Part shown: positions 12,269-24,862 of the stretch, piece after piece | Layout of the letters: each line of letters begins with the position of its first letter | Position numbering within the stretch: the stretch's first letter is position 1 | From: Eledone cirrhosa | Lineage: Eukaryota | DNA: 64,000 nt | NCBI GenBank assembly: GCA_964016885.1 | Contig: OZ024741.1 | Coordinates: 343,356,001-343,420,000 of the forward strand | Reading direction: 5' to 3' | Position numbers and translations under genes: made by a program | Notes under the pieces: generated by a model | Database searches by the model: none | Seen by the model: the letters and a program-made list of their open reading frames with translations, nothing else | What the model was told of the DNA's origin: nothing

Positions 12269-12528
12269 CCGAATTAGTGTGGTAGAGACGAGTACACGTG
12301 TTGTTGAGTTGTTTAACTTTGTCAATACTCTGATATGCCCAGTTCCTGGTTGGACCGTTATTTCACTGAGGAACTGGGAACTGTGTATCACGGCTTCAAT
12401 CGGGGGTAACCATATGATTTCAGTTCCTCAGTGAAATAACAACCCAACAAGGAACTGGGCATATCAGAGTATTGACAAAGTTAAACAACTCAACAACATA
12501 TGTACTCTTCTCTACCACACTAATTCTG

Positions 12529-12583
12529 ACTGCCTGAAGAAGTCACAGCCAAAGATGGCTGTCACCGAAATATATATAGCAGT
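12529..12583 (+). ncRNA. Minimal type I HHR
   Basis: Sister of 12214-12268: perfect helix I actgc/gcagt, intact core, AATAAA at 12584; first helix II pair is mismatched. Confidence 0.8.
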
Positions 12584-12733
12584 AATAAACGAAGCCAAAT
12601 TTTAAACATTTGATTGATTTATTTTCTTTTCTTTTACATTACTCCGGAGTAAGCAAACCAACCTGCGCACTTCGTCGAGTGCTCCAATCTGCATACTGAG
12701 GTATTGGTATACAACCAACATATACTCAAAATG

Positions 12734-12766
<33 letters not shown>

Positions 12767-12783
12767 TATATATAAAATATATA

Positions 12784-12816
<33 letters not shown>

Positions 12817-13659
12817 GGAAAAAGTATGACCCCGACGGCAGAGCTCAAGCCGTTTCGACAGCTATTTCTGGACTAAACTAGAATTTTTTTAGCCTGGTGA
12901 ATAAATAGCCGAACATGTCAAGGGGTACTTCCTTATATGGGAAGATTGTAGTTGTCAAGAGGATTGGTTAAAATTTGTTGTAAACACAAATAAGTCTATC
13001 ATGGCATCTTGTGGGAGGCAGGGGTGGCTGAACTTGCCTGTAGAACAATAGGGGAGTGAGTGGAGCGGTCAAGCGTTGAAAGTGATATGTATACAGCAGA
13101 TTCTAAGGATAGTGTATGAAGTGGGGGAGGGAGGTTATAGAATAGGTAAATCAAATGTTAGTAGGAGACAATAAAATATACTAGAAAGAAAGAAAAAAAT
13201 ATATAAAATTAGATAGTGAGAAATGAATAAAAAAAAATCACAATGCTATCTTACAATTACAGGTTAATAAGTTGAGAATAGAAAAAACTTGTCGAAATTA
13301 CAAAACTGATACAAAATTAAAGGGGTTTAACACATCTGCTATAAGTAGTTAGTAAAACGTATTGGGCCAATTCTATCCTAAAATTACAGGGGTGGGGGAA
13401 CTGATGCTACAGAGGCCCGATTGGGCTGCATCGGGGTAGGCGAAAGGGGAAAAGCAGACGAGGAAGATAATAGGGGGTGGAAGGAAGTGATTGGATGAGA
13501 CGGGGGAAGAAGACAAAGAGGAAAAGAAAAGAGATACATCTACCTATGTAAGCTGGGGTTTCCCCTAACTTATTCGGCTAGTAGTCTCTGTGTCTGTGGG
13601 GGGTATCAGCCCTTGTCTACCCACCCGGGTCGTTATGGGGTTTGAGGGCAAGGTAAGTC

Positions 13660-15660
13660 CTACGTAATCTCTGTTTGCATGCGGTTACCATTTCGTCTTT
13701 CTTGTTTAGGAGTTGGTCCTTCTAAAACACCATTTGTACTGTTTCCTCCGAGCATAAGTTACACGGACGGCGTCCTCCCGTGTAAGAATTAGCTCTGGAC
13801 AGTAAGCTCTAAGTGAGATTGTAGGTTATATTATTACCTTGGAGTTCCCAGATGTGGCCCGAAAGTGTAGTGACATGTCACCGAAGCGGGTTTCGGAAAG
13901 TATGTCGGTGTTGGTAGAGTCGGGTCTTGAAGTCACACGCGGTTAATCCTATATAAGCTTTGTTGGAGGTGTCCGTCCTCACGTTGCACTGGTAGAACAC
14001 GTTACTTTCTCTGCATTTGTTGTTGAGGGGGCACGTAGATCTATCAGGGCAATTACATCTTCTGGTCGGCTCTCCACTGATGTCTAGGTTATTTCTTCCA
14101 TAGGGGTTGAGCTTTTTGTTGTTTGAGGAGACGATGTTTTGTGCGAAGTTAGGTGTGGTGCTGTAGGAGAGTTTGATGGTGTTTTTGTTGATTATGTTGT
14201 GGTAGCGGTGTTGTAGTGGGAAGTGTTTTTCGATGAGTCTAAAGAAGATTTTCCCGATAGTGTTGCCACCTCGGCATTATGGGGAGTATTGAACTACGTT
14301 ACGTGGCGTGAGCGGCGGTGTCGCCTGCTGGTTCCACCAAGGGAAGCTGGATAAAAGGACATTTCCTCCCGGAAGCCACTCCGCTTGAGGACCTGGTTGT
14401 AATGATGCGCGTGTTCGTCGAATATCTGCTCATTAGCGGACAAACGAGATATGCGGAGGGAGATGTTTTTAATCAGGTTATTGTTGATGTTTCTAGGAAG
14501 GTTAGAAAGGCGGTGGATGTAGTGCAGGTTGTCGTTTGGTTTCCTGTAAGGGTACTACAGATAATTTTCGAGGTTAAGGGTAACGTCCAGGAAATTGACT
14601 CGGGTTAGGGACATTTGTAGGGTGATTTTAAATCCCCAGTCCCGGAAGAAATTGATTAGTTGTTTACGGACCCGGTCTGTACTACAGGGGTTGTACCCTT
14701 TGAGGGTGAGGAGCCCATGATCCCGGTACAATCCACCGCCGAATGCAGGAAACATTTCGGTTAGTTTAAATAGTAGGAATAATCCTATAAGATCTGTGAC
14801 CTCGGCCGAATCCGTCGAGCCCATGCTGACGTCGAATTGGGAGTCGGGAGCTTTCTTTATCCACTTGGAGTTGTCGAAAAGTAGGACTGTCTTCCTGGCG
14901 TGGAGAATGATATTTCTTTCCTGGTCAGTGATGGGTGTGAGTGTTTCGGCAAAGTCCAAGACGGCCTTAAGGAGCGGTGATGCATAGTAACTCTCTATGT
15001 CAAATTGGATGAATTTTGTGTGTCGTTTGTCCTCCATATTCCTGAACCATGAGATTACTTCCTGGGTGCTGACCCATAGGCTAAGTCTCACGTTTTGCTT
15101 AACTTTTGGTATAACTCGGTCTAGGATATTTTTACTGATTCTCCCTATATCCGACTTCGTTGGGTTTATAAGCCTAATGGATGGTTTGCGGTCGAAGTCG
15201 GATTTGTAGTCCTTTAGTGTGAAGTAGGGATTTCGTGGGTCTAGGGGTTCCGTGCGATCGGCGACCCCGAGGCTGGCGGTAATTTGTTGTCCATCTCGAT
15301 TTATGTCCTCGATAATTGAATGGTTAGCCTTTTTATAAGTGGAATTTACCCTGCTCCTGATCAGTGTGTGATATCTGACAGGGTTGACGAAGTAGAGGTT
15401 TCCAGTTTTGTCCGAGTGAACCAAGATGTTGTTTTTTTCATACTCTGTTATTTTGCTACGGAGTTGTTGTAGGAATCTGTTGTGTCTGGGTTTGAATTTA
15501 ATGCTCTTGACCAGGTGGAAAAGGTCGTTCTCGAAGAGTGAGAGCATAGGGTTCGGAGGGGTAGATTTCTAGGTATTGAATCCGAATCTCTCCTTGGTGT
15601 CGAAGTCCTGATTGTCGCGGTGTCTATCGTAGAAAAAAGTTCTCCATCTTAGTCTTAGGA
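13660..15660 (-). pseudogene. PLE reverse transcriptase plus GIY-YIG endonuclease, disrupted
   Basis: ORF 14555-15547 has SDKTGN, FDIESYY, VSMGS and YRDHG (catalytic DD mutated), FLDVTL; downstream CNC...YQC...YIGL...FKTR near 13900-14060. Confidence 0.88.
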
Positions 15661-16394
15661 TTTACCTCGCCCTCAAACTCCATAACGACCCGGGTGGGTA
15701 GACAAGGGCTGATACCCCCCAGACTTGCTGAATAAGTTAGGGGAAACCCCAGCTTACATAGTTAGATGTATCTCTTTTCTTTTCCTCTTTGTCTTCTTCT
15801 TCCCCCTGTCTCATCCTATCACTTCCTTCCACCCCTACTTTCTTCCTCGTCTGCTTTGCCCCGTTCGCCTACCCAGACGCCGCCCATCTGGCCTCTGTAG
15901 CATCAGTTCCCCCACCCCTGTAATTTTAAGATAGAATTGGCCCAATACGTTTTACTAACTCCTGATAGCAGATGTGTTAAACCCTTTTAATTCTGTATCA
16001 GTTCTGGTACTACTCAATTTCTACAAGTCCTTTCTATTCTCAACTTATTAACCTGTAATTGTAAGATAGCATTGTGATTATTTTTATTCATTTCTCACTA
16101 TCTAATTTTATATTTTTTTTTTATTCCTTTCTAGTATCTTTTATTGTCTCCTACTCTCATTCGATTTACCTATTTTATAACCTCCCTCCTCCACTTCATA
16201 CACTATCCTTAGAATCTGCTGTATACATATCACTTTCAACGCTTGACCGCTCCACTCACTCCCCTATTGTTCTACAGGCAATTTCAGCCCCCCCCCCCCC
16301 TATTTCCCACCAAATGCCATGATAGACTTATTTGTGTTTACAACAAATTCTAATCAATCCTCTTGACAACTACAATCTTCGCATATAGGGAAGT

Positions 16395-16491
16395 ACCCCC
16401 TTGACAAGTTCGGCTATTTATTCACCAGGCTAAAAATTCTAATTTACTCCATAAATAGCTGTTGAAACGGCTTGAGCTCTGCCGTCGGGGT
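16395..16491 (+). ncRNA. pLTR HHR, U3-A8 variant with long helix II insertion
   Basis: cccc-TTGACAA-gttcggctattt...aaatagctgtt-GAAACGGC(ttgagctct)GCCGTC-gggg. Confidence 0.7.
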
Positions 16492-17908
16492 CATACTTTT
16501 TCCTATTTCCCACTCTACTACCCTAAGTATTGAGTACTCTGGTGCGTTATGGTCCATCTGGTTCCTTACCACAATTCCTTTGTTATATATATATATATAT
16601 AGAATATATATATATATATATTTATTTATTTATTAAAATAACAGATTAAAGTTTAAGCGGGATATATATATTTAAATTATAATTATATATAGATATATAA
16701 ATAAAAATAGAAAATCAGAAATTTTTTCCTACGTGCCAACACTACCACTGACACTCTTTCCACAATTTCAAACCTAGCGGCTAATATATAACAATTTCAC
16801 ATCTAGATTCCCCACTACCGTTAACACTTTACCTCTAGGTTTTATCAGCATATAATACTCCCACAACATCACATTCTTGTATCAGTTCATCCCTCCACTT
16901 ATCTCCTGTTTATCTGAGATCTTATACTCAACAATAATTATTGGGAATAAACAAAGTTACCACCACTTAATATAACTACAATATCTTCCTTACTAATATT
17001 CCATTCATTTAATTAGTATATGGGTAGGTAGTGGTAAATTGAGACCTCTAAAATATTTCATAGAAAACAGATTGTATATAAAATTACATATAAAAATATA
17101 AAAATAAATAGCATTATATAAAAGGATTCACTTATAATATAATATATTGTATATCAACACAGAATTTAACTAATTGGAGTTATAAACAACTAACACCAGA
17201 TTATACATTTTTCTCTTATACACAAATTAATCAGCAATTACATCCCCTTTCGCATTACGTCCCTTTAGTGTAGATCTCTAATCACTTCCTGAAATTAAAC
17301 CGTTAGACAGATCACTCCAGAACAACTCTAACCCTTGATAAGATTGTAATAGGACCAATATACAATCCATAGTTGTAGCTACTAATAAACATTTCCTAAA
17401 ATATAACCAATGTAATGGAAAGGAAAACCTTAATATTAATACTCACAACACATGCACATTTCAACATTACCGGAACAATTATCACATTGCATCCACCATA
17501 AACTACCATAGAAACTGCTTTTCATACCCACGCATCTCTGTCTGCATGATATGCTTTTAAACCTGTATTGTATTATGTGATACCTTTGCCATACTGTGAT
17601 ATATATGCTTAGTACCATTGCCTGTCTTTTCACCTTGTTACTCTGTACATGCCTAACACCTCTGCACTCTTTCTATACGTTTGCCTATGTACTGCTAATG
17701 TCCTCAATTTGCGAGTAACTTTCGTCCTTAATTCCTCTATAATTGTTGCATTATTCTTTTATAATCTTTGTCGCATCCACTCACTAATACTGACCACATC
17801 ATATTCACTCTTTAAATATGACACTGTTAATGACAAACAGTAATATCTACGCATCTTTACCATTGTTCTGTGGAATAGGAGGTTAATTATATACCTAAAC
17901 GTTGCTAA

Positions 17909-17955
17909 TGCTCCGATGAATCCAAACGAGAGTTTGGAAGAAACGATTGTCAGCA
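17909..17955 (+). ncRNA. Minimal HHR with U4C core change
   Basis: tgct-CCGATGA-a-tccaaac(gaga)gtttgga-a-GAAAC-gatt-GTC-agca overlapping AATAAA. Confidence 0.65.
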
Positions 17956-18139
17956 ATAAAATGTTTTGAACATAGTTTTGATTATTCTGTAATTTATATT
18001 CCGGCTCTGTAAGACATCTGATATATTTACATTGAGCTATTTTTCATACTGGTATTAAGGTGGTAAAAAATTCTGACCTTTCCTGTTTATAATTATATAT
18101 AGTGTAAATATAACTATAAATAATATTATTATTATTATT

Positions 18140-18432
18140 GTTCTTTGAGTCTCAGTCATTGATGTTATTTAACTGGAAAGTTTGTTGAAATGAATATCAA
18201 GCCGCTACCTGCAGCCTCAGATATTCCAAAAAGCGGGGCGGGACCAATTTTCTTTAACCATCCTTGGAAACTTTTTGTGATAGTACCTAGTGTGCCTATG
18301 ACAATCGGGACCACTTTGACTTCATGGCAGTTCCAAATCCTTTTTACCTCCCACTTTAAGTCCTGGTATCGGTTAATTTTCTCCCTCTCCTTCTCTTGCA
18401 CTCTCGTGTCGAATGGGAAGGCTACATCCACA
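18140..18432 (-). mobile_element. 3'-terminal fragment of R4/Dong-like LINE
   Basis: Near-duplicate of 18454-18800 (DVAFPFDTRVQEKEREKINRYQDLK), bounded by (TTA)n. Confidence 0.88.
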
Positions 18433-18453
18433 ATTATTATTATTATTATTATT

Positions 18454-20800
18454 CCTTGAATCTCAGTCATTGATGTTAGTTAACTGGAAAGTCCGTTGGA
18501 ATGAATATCAAGCCACTACCTGCAGCCTCAGATATTCAGGACGTAGCGGAGGGTTCTTGCTGTTCCCAGCAAGCATGCCTTTTGAAGCGTTCCAAAAAGC
18601 GTGAAGGGGCCGATTCTCTTTAACCATCCCTGGAAACTTTTGGAGATAGTCCCCAGTGCGCCTATGACAATCGGGATCACTTTGACTTCATGGCAGTTCC
18701 AAATCCTTTTTACCTCCCACTTTAAGTCCTGGTATCGGTTAATTTTCTCCCTCTCCTTCTCTTGCACTCTCGTGTCGAATGGGCAGGCCACATCCACAAT
18801 CAGACACGATCTTTTTTCTTTGTCCACAACCACCAGGTCAGGTCTATTGTGTTCCAGTTTCTTGTCCGCCTGTATCCTAAAATCCCACAGCACCTTCACC
18901 TGATCGTTTTCCATCACTGCCTCTGGCTTATGCTCATACCATTTCTCAGAATGTGGTAAATTGTTTATTTTGCACAGGTGCCAGTGGATCACCCTGCTCA
19001 TCACATCATGTCTCCAGCCCTTATAGTGGGTCTGTACCTAATAATAGACACAGCTCGGGAATGTACTGCACTTAATGCATTCCTACTGTTCAGATGTGAT
19101 TTTAATACGCTCCTTACTCTCCGAATGTATTCAGTTTTAACAATTCCTTCATTTTTTTGTTCTTTATGCCATCAGCCTCCAGAACGCCCAAATACTTGTA
19201 TCCTTCCTCAGAGTCAATTTCCTTTATCATCTCACCTGTTGGTATCTGGATTCCGTTACTTCTGCTCAACCTACCCATCCTCATCACAATGACTCCACAC
19301 TTACTAATACCAAACTGCATACATATATCACTGCTGAAAATACGGACAGTGTCAACAAGCACATCCAACTCCTTCTCACTCTTCCCTAAGAGCTTAAGAT
19401 CGTCCATGAAGAGGAGGTGATTGATGGTAGGCCCTCCCTTTCCCAACCTGTATCCTGCTCTCACTTTTCGCAGTACACTGGTCAGGGGCATCAGGGCAAG
19501 GACAAACAACAGAGGGGACAGGCTATCTCCCTGGAAGATACCTCTCTTGATCTTCACGCTTCCCAAGGATTCTCCAGTTGATGTCAACTCTGTTTCCCAG
19601 GACCTCATACTCTTACCCAGCAACTGTCTGATGTTATCTGCCACCTTGAAGATCTCCAGGCTTTTGGTGATCCAGGAATGAGGCACCATGTCAAATGCCT
19701 TTCTGTAGTCTATCCATCCCATGGCAAGATCAGTGTGTCTCCTCCTGCAATTCCACATTCACTATCTTATCAATAAGTAACTGGTCCTTTGTACCACGTG
19801 ACTTCTTTCGGCATCCGTTCTGTTCGTCCGGTAACAAGTTGTTTGTGTGGAGGTGATGGTAGATTTCCTCAGACACAATGCTCGTCAACATTTTCCACAT
19901 TACGGACAGACATGTGATAGGTCTATAGTTGGTAACATCATTACCCTTGATTCGGTCTTTCATTATCAGAATTGTGGTACCTTTTGTCAACCACTCTGGT
20001 ACCTCACCTGACATCAAGCAGTCATTGAACATGGTTGTCAGTTTCGGGTGGAGGGATGTTATATTTTTAATCCAATACTCCTGCACACCAACTGGGCCTG
20101 GTTATTTCCAGTTGGTTAGTTTTTTGGCCTGCCCCTTAAGAGTTTCAACTGTGATACTCAAATCAGTTTGTTGGTGTGCCTGTTCACCGATCTCCCTCTG
20201 TACTGTCTCAATCCACACTGCCTGGTCATTATGTCTAACATCCTGCTCCCATATTCCTCTCCAGAATGTTTTAGTTTGTTCCGCCCCAGGGATCAAGTCG
20301 TTGCCTCTTTCTTTCCCCTCAAGCTGTCCAAAACAGCAACTTCTGGTTGTTGTCGAACATGCGGTTCTGTTTATACTGACTGACTCTGTTCTCGTATCGC
20401 CTGATTTTTGCACTCTTTGCTACAATGCGTTGCTTCAGTTCCTCTATGATAATATTTAGCTTTTTCCTCCTAGTTTTGTACTTTATTTCCAGTCTATTTT
20501 TAGTGCCTATGTTTTTTAGTGTCCCATTCAGTAGTGACTCAAGCTTTCCAATGTCATTTCTCATTTCCCTGATTTGACCACTCAGTCGTTTCTTCCACCA
20601 AGGCTCTGCTCTTTCTTGTCTGTTGTTTCCTCTCGCTTTTATACCAAGTAGTTTCCTCACCGTATTTGCTGTTGCTTTGAGGATATTGTTGCACTGGTGA
20701 AGGCTCCTCGCCTCAAGGTATGGGATGACTTTGTTTACCTTAGCTGTTGTTTCTTTTAACTTTTTCTTGTCTACAAATCTTAGGTTCATAGGTCTCCCAC
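18454..20800 (-). mobile_element. R4/Dong-like non-LTR retrotransposon (RT plus restriction-like endonuclease), disrupted
   Basis: NYRPITCL, DYRKAFD, GIFQGDSLSP, HLLFMDDLKL, HNRPDLVV...DVACP; frameshifts and an internal deletion near 19030; both ends in (TTA)n. Confidence 0.9.
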
Positions 20801-20891
<91 letters not shown>

Positions 20892-20943
20892 ACAAAAAAA
20901 TAACTAACCAAGAAATAAATGCAGTTGAATACAAACGTGTATA

Positions 20944-20975
<32 letters not shown>

Positions 20976-20988
20976 GACATATGTGTGT

Positions 20989-21051
<63 letters not shown>

Positions 21052-21361
21052 CGTTTGTATTCAACTGTATTGTTTATTTTCTGTTCGGTTGTTGTGTTGT
21101 TGTGTCGTCTTATGGATCTCCTTTTCACATAATTTTTAAAGGCGCTGTAGGATCTGGCGATAATGATACACAGTCCCAACCTAACATGCACAATTGTTTT
21201 TTCAGTTGGTGGCTGATGAGGAGTATAGAAGTTGTGTTTGTCGTTTATGACCGTTTTTAGATATGTGGAATATGTTTTGCTGAGCATCTTAAAAATATTT
21301 GCAACATATCTATTGCTTTGAACTCTTAGCATTAAAACCCAGATCTTCTACAATCATAATA

Positions 21362-21546
21362 TAATTGTTTCTACTTTAGGCACAAGGCCAGCAATTACCC
21401 AGTACATTACTGGTACTTTATTTTATCGAACCCGTAAGGATGAAAGGCAAAGTTAGCCTCGGCGGGATTTGAACTCAGACTGTAAAGGGACGTAACTCTG
21501 CTAGAAAGCATGGCGTCCAACCCTCTACCGATACTGCCAATTCACC
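21362..21546 (-). mobile_element. SINE S1 with TSD
   Basis: Full S1 body; direct repeat ctacaatcataatataat on both sides. Confidence 0.92.
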
Positions 21547-23071
21547 TACAATCATAATATAATAAAGGGAGGAGTTATCGTGATGCTGTGCAAGTATCTG
21601 AGTGTATTATCACTATGCACGTGTGTAGTTCGGTCTGTGTGTGTGTTTTTGTTTTGCGAATTGCTAATCCGAGTGTGCATTTGTTCATTCTGTGTTATGA
21701 GTGCTGACTTGTGCAACAGTTTGAACGCTTGTATATGATTTGGCCCATTCGATACCAATAACGAGCAATACTTTTAACATTGCTATATACATATGTAGCT
21801 ATACACTATAAGAATTATTCAACAACTACATTTATTGGTAAGGTAATATTAACCGAAGCGCCATTAATTTGTATCCTGTCGCTGAGTAATGGACAAAGAA
21901 ACTCATATTCTCAATTGAATATTACAATGAATTATAACACTGCAATGTGAATATTTGCAGTATTGTGGAATTAAAGATTTCCATAAGTTTGAATTTTAAG
22001 TTAAAATCTTCCTGTGGGTATAGCGTGCGGTAAGGATGAAATCTGTCGAAATGTTGTCCCGGTGATACAATAAAAGAAAATATATTCAATGGCCCCAGCC
22101 TCTACTCAAACAGTCAAGAGACTTATTACAACCACATGCATGTTAAATCGATAAGCGATGGCTAAATGAATACAGGCGCCATCTGGTAGGTAAGCGTCGT
22201 CTCATTATAAAAGCAGCCACTTACGCGTTAGCAGAGTGATATGAAAAATGAAAATGGACGTCATTTTGTAGTTAAGTGTCTCTGGTTATAAAGAACTGTC
22301 ACTAGCGTGTTAGTAGGACGTTCAGAAAAATGAAAAACAGACGCCATCTTGTAAACGAATAAAAGAAGACTGCAGCTGCTATCTTGTAACGACAGGCAAG
22401 AAGCATGAATTTGGTAATGACCTCCTGTTGCTGTTTACTACATTCTTGTTGACTTCATCCATCCTGTCGTCTCTGTTATTGTTAAATTTTGTCTTATCTT
22501 TTCACTCATGTCCTTCCTCTGAGGCTTCAGTTTTTATATACATTCACACACTTTTGATATTTTTAGACAATAGGATCGATGTTAGAAAGAGAATAGGAAA
22601 GAAAGCGAAATGCAGATACAAATCGTAGAAAGAAACGAAGTATAAGAAGAAAGGAACATGTAGAAAGAAAGCAAAGAACGAATATCAATTAAAAATATTT
22701 CTCTCCGATCAAAAAAGGAGGAAGTAAATTAACTGAAGGAAAAGTAAACAAATCCAGAAGAAAAGAAATAAAACAGAATATAGTAAAGAAAAACAGATGT
22801 GACACAAGAAGCTGAAATAATCTAAAGAGCAGAGAAAGAGAGAGATAGAGAGAAAGAGAAGATAAAAATGAAAAACATAAATGGAGAAAACGCACACGCA
22901 TATGTATATGTTAAAACAAACACTCTCTCACACACCCAAGTGCATATATATATATATATATATATATATTTAGAAACACACAGAAAACTACGTAGTCGAG
23001 GAATTTAGGAGCAGTTTAGGTATGATACATTTTATTACTAATTATATCTAAATGTTTCTTCTCTCTTCATA

Positions 23072-23107
<36 letters not shown>

Positions 23108-23149
23108 TTGGGTGTGTGAGAGAGTGTATATATACACTCTCTCACACAC

Positions 23150-23219
<70 letters not shown>

Positions 23220-23222
<3 letters not shown>

Positions 23223-23368
23223 AGTAAGTATGTTTTGAAACAGTGAGCGAGTTTGAAATTAGAAAATATATAGCTTTCACCGTATTTTTAGCTCATCTTT
23301 TTCCATTTATCTGAGGGTTCTAAACCCCGTTATCAAGCTAAAATTCCTTTAGTTAAAAATACGGTGAA

Positions 23369-23373
<5 letters not shown>
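23220..23373 (-). mobile_element. Family T fold-back copy
   Basis: Homology to 1096-1231 in both orientations; (TA)n flanks. Confidence 0.7.
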
Positions 23374-23426
<53 letters not shown>

Positions 23427-23467
23427 CGATTTTGAATTTGTTTTGCGAGATTTGCTATCTGAAAACG

Positions 23468-23900
23468 TTTTCTGTCAGGTGGAACGAGTCCTCCTTGGAC
23501 CAACACCGCCTCAGCTCCGCTCCAAAACCCAACAGAGCGCATGACTCAATTCGGTGCCCTTTCAAAGAAGGTAGATCTCTCATCTGGAAAGCCACCTGCT
23601 GCGGGACGTTCTCCGCCTCCAACTTAGTCACCCCGACTACAAACCCCGGCATCGCAGCCCACCTCGCAGAAGGACGTAAAATAAACAAATACCGGGGTTT
23701 GTCTGACTGCTTCCTCTTCGCACAGGTCACCGTCGAGACCCCAGGCGTACTTGGAACCCGTACAGCCGAGCTCCTCCGTAAGATCGGAGAGTCGGCAGCC
23801 CGTCTGAGGAAGAGATCCGCGCGAGGTTGAGTGGCTGTTGCGGCGGGGGTCACTGGCCATCATCCGAGCGAATGCTTTTGCAGTCTTCTCCGCGGCGAGC
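23468..23900 (+). mobile_element. CRE-like LINE 3' fragment (RLE domain)
   Basis: PFKEGRSLIWKATC...AAHLAEGRKINKY...VETPGVLG; preceded by a PLE tail fragment at 23426-23467. Confidence 0.7.
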
Positions 23901-24134
23901 AGCACTTCTACCACCATACCCTAGGCCCAAAGCCCAATCACCCCCTCCACCCTTCCCCTCTCTTCTGTAACACTAGAATTTGTGCCATCCCCTTCCCTTC
24001 CCGTCCCTTTTCTTTTTCCCTTTATTTTACTCTTTTTTCTCTATATTTCCCTATTCCTTTTTTTCTTTTGTTTCCTTTTCTTTTGTATTATGAATGCTGT
24101 TATTATAGTTGTCATCATTAATATGATAAAAAAG

Positions 24135-24323
24135 GGCGGCGGATTGGCAGTATCGGTAGAAGGTCGGACGCCATGCTTTGATGCATAGAGTTATGGCCCT
24201 TGCCTTTCTGAGTTCAAATCCCGCCGAAGTTAACTTTGCCTTTGATCCTTATGGGGTCGATAAAATAAAGTACCAGTAATCACTGGGTAATTGCTGGCCT
24301 TGTGCCAAAAGTAGAAACAATTA
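24135..24323 (+). mobile_element. SINE S1
   Basis: Full-length; flanking aatatgataaa duplication. Confidence 0.92.
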
Positions 24324-24520
24324 TAAATATGATAAATATTCTATACTTTTAAAATTTATATTGCTCATATGAGAGATGATACCATTAAAATCTCTAATTC
24401 ATGAAATGTCTGCTAATCTCGACTAGGTGTATGTCTTTGTGTATGTACGAATGTATGTATGTATGTATGTATGTATGTATGTATGTATGTATGTATGCAT
24501 ATGTATGCGCGTGTGTGTAT

Positions 24521-24817
24521 GTCGTACGTATAAGTGTCAATAAGTGATTTTTTTTTTTTTTTTTGCGCCGGGACATAGAAATAATCGGGCTGGATGCCCG
24601 ATCGCGCAGTTAAACCACTGGGGGTGAAGAACCCCTAGCCCTTGTCAGGGCATTCTTCTAGGAGAAGGCATCTCAGGAAACTGGGTTAACTCCGATATAA
24701 AACCTGCGGCTCAGTAGTTACCGATGATGTTGATCTTTTCTTCTTTTCGGGTTATAGCTACTGTCGCTCAGAGAGTGGGATTGGCTCAGTGCACAGTCTT
24801 TCCTCACTTTAGTGTAC

Positions 24818-24862
<45 letters not shown>

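Larger units (their letters stand above)
12815..16584 (-). mobile_element. Penelope-like retroelement, 5'-truncated, with inverted pLTR and tail
   Basis: Inverted arms 12815-13656 and 15661-16506, tail 16507-16584, RT and C-terminal GIY-YIG on minus strand, (TA)n flanks. Confidence 0.92.
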
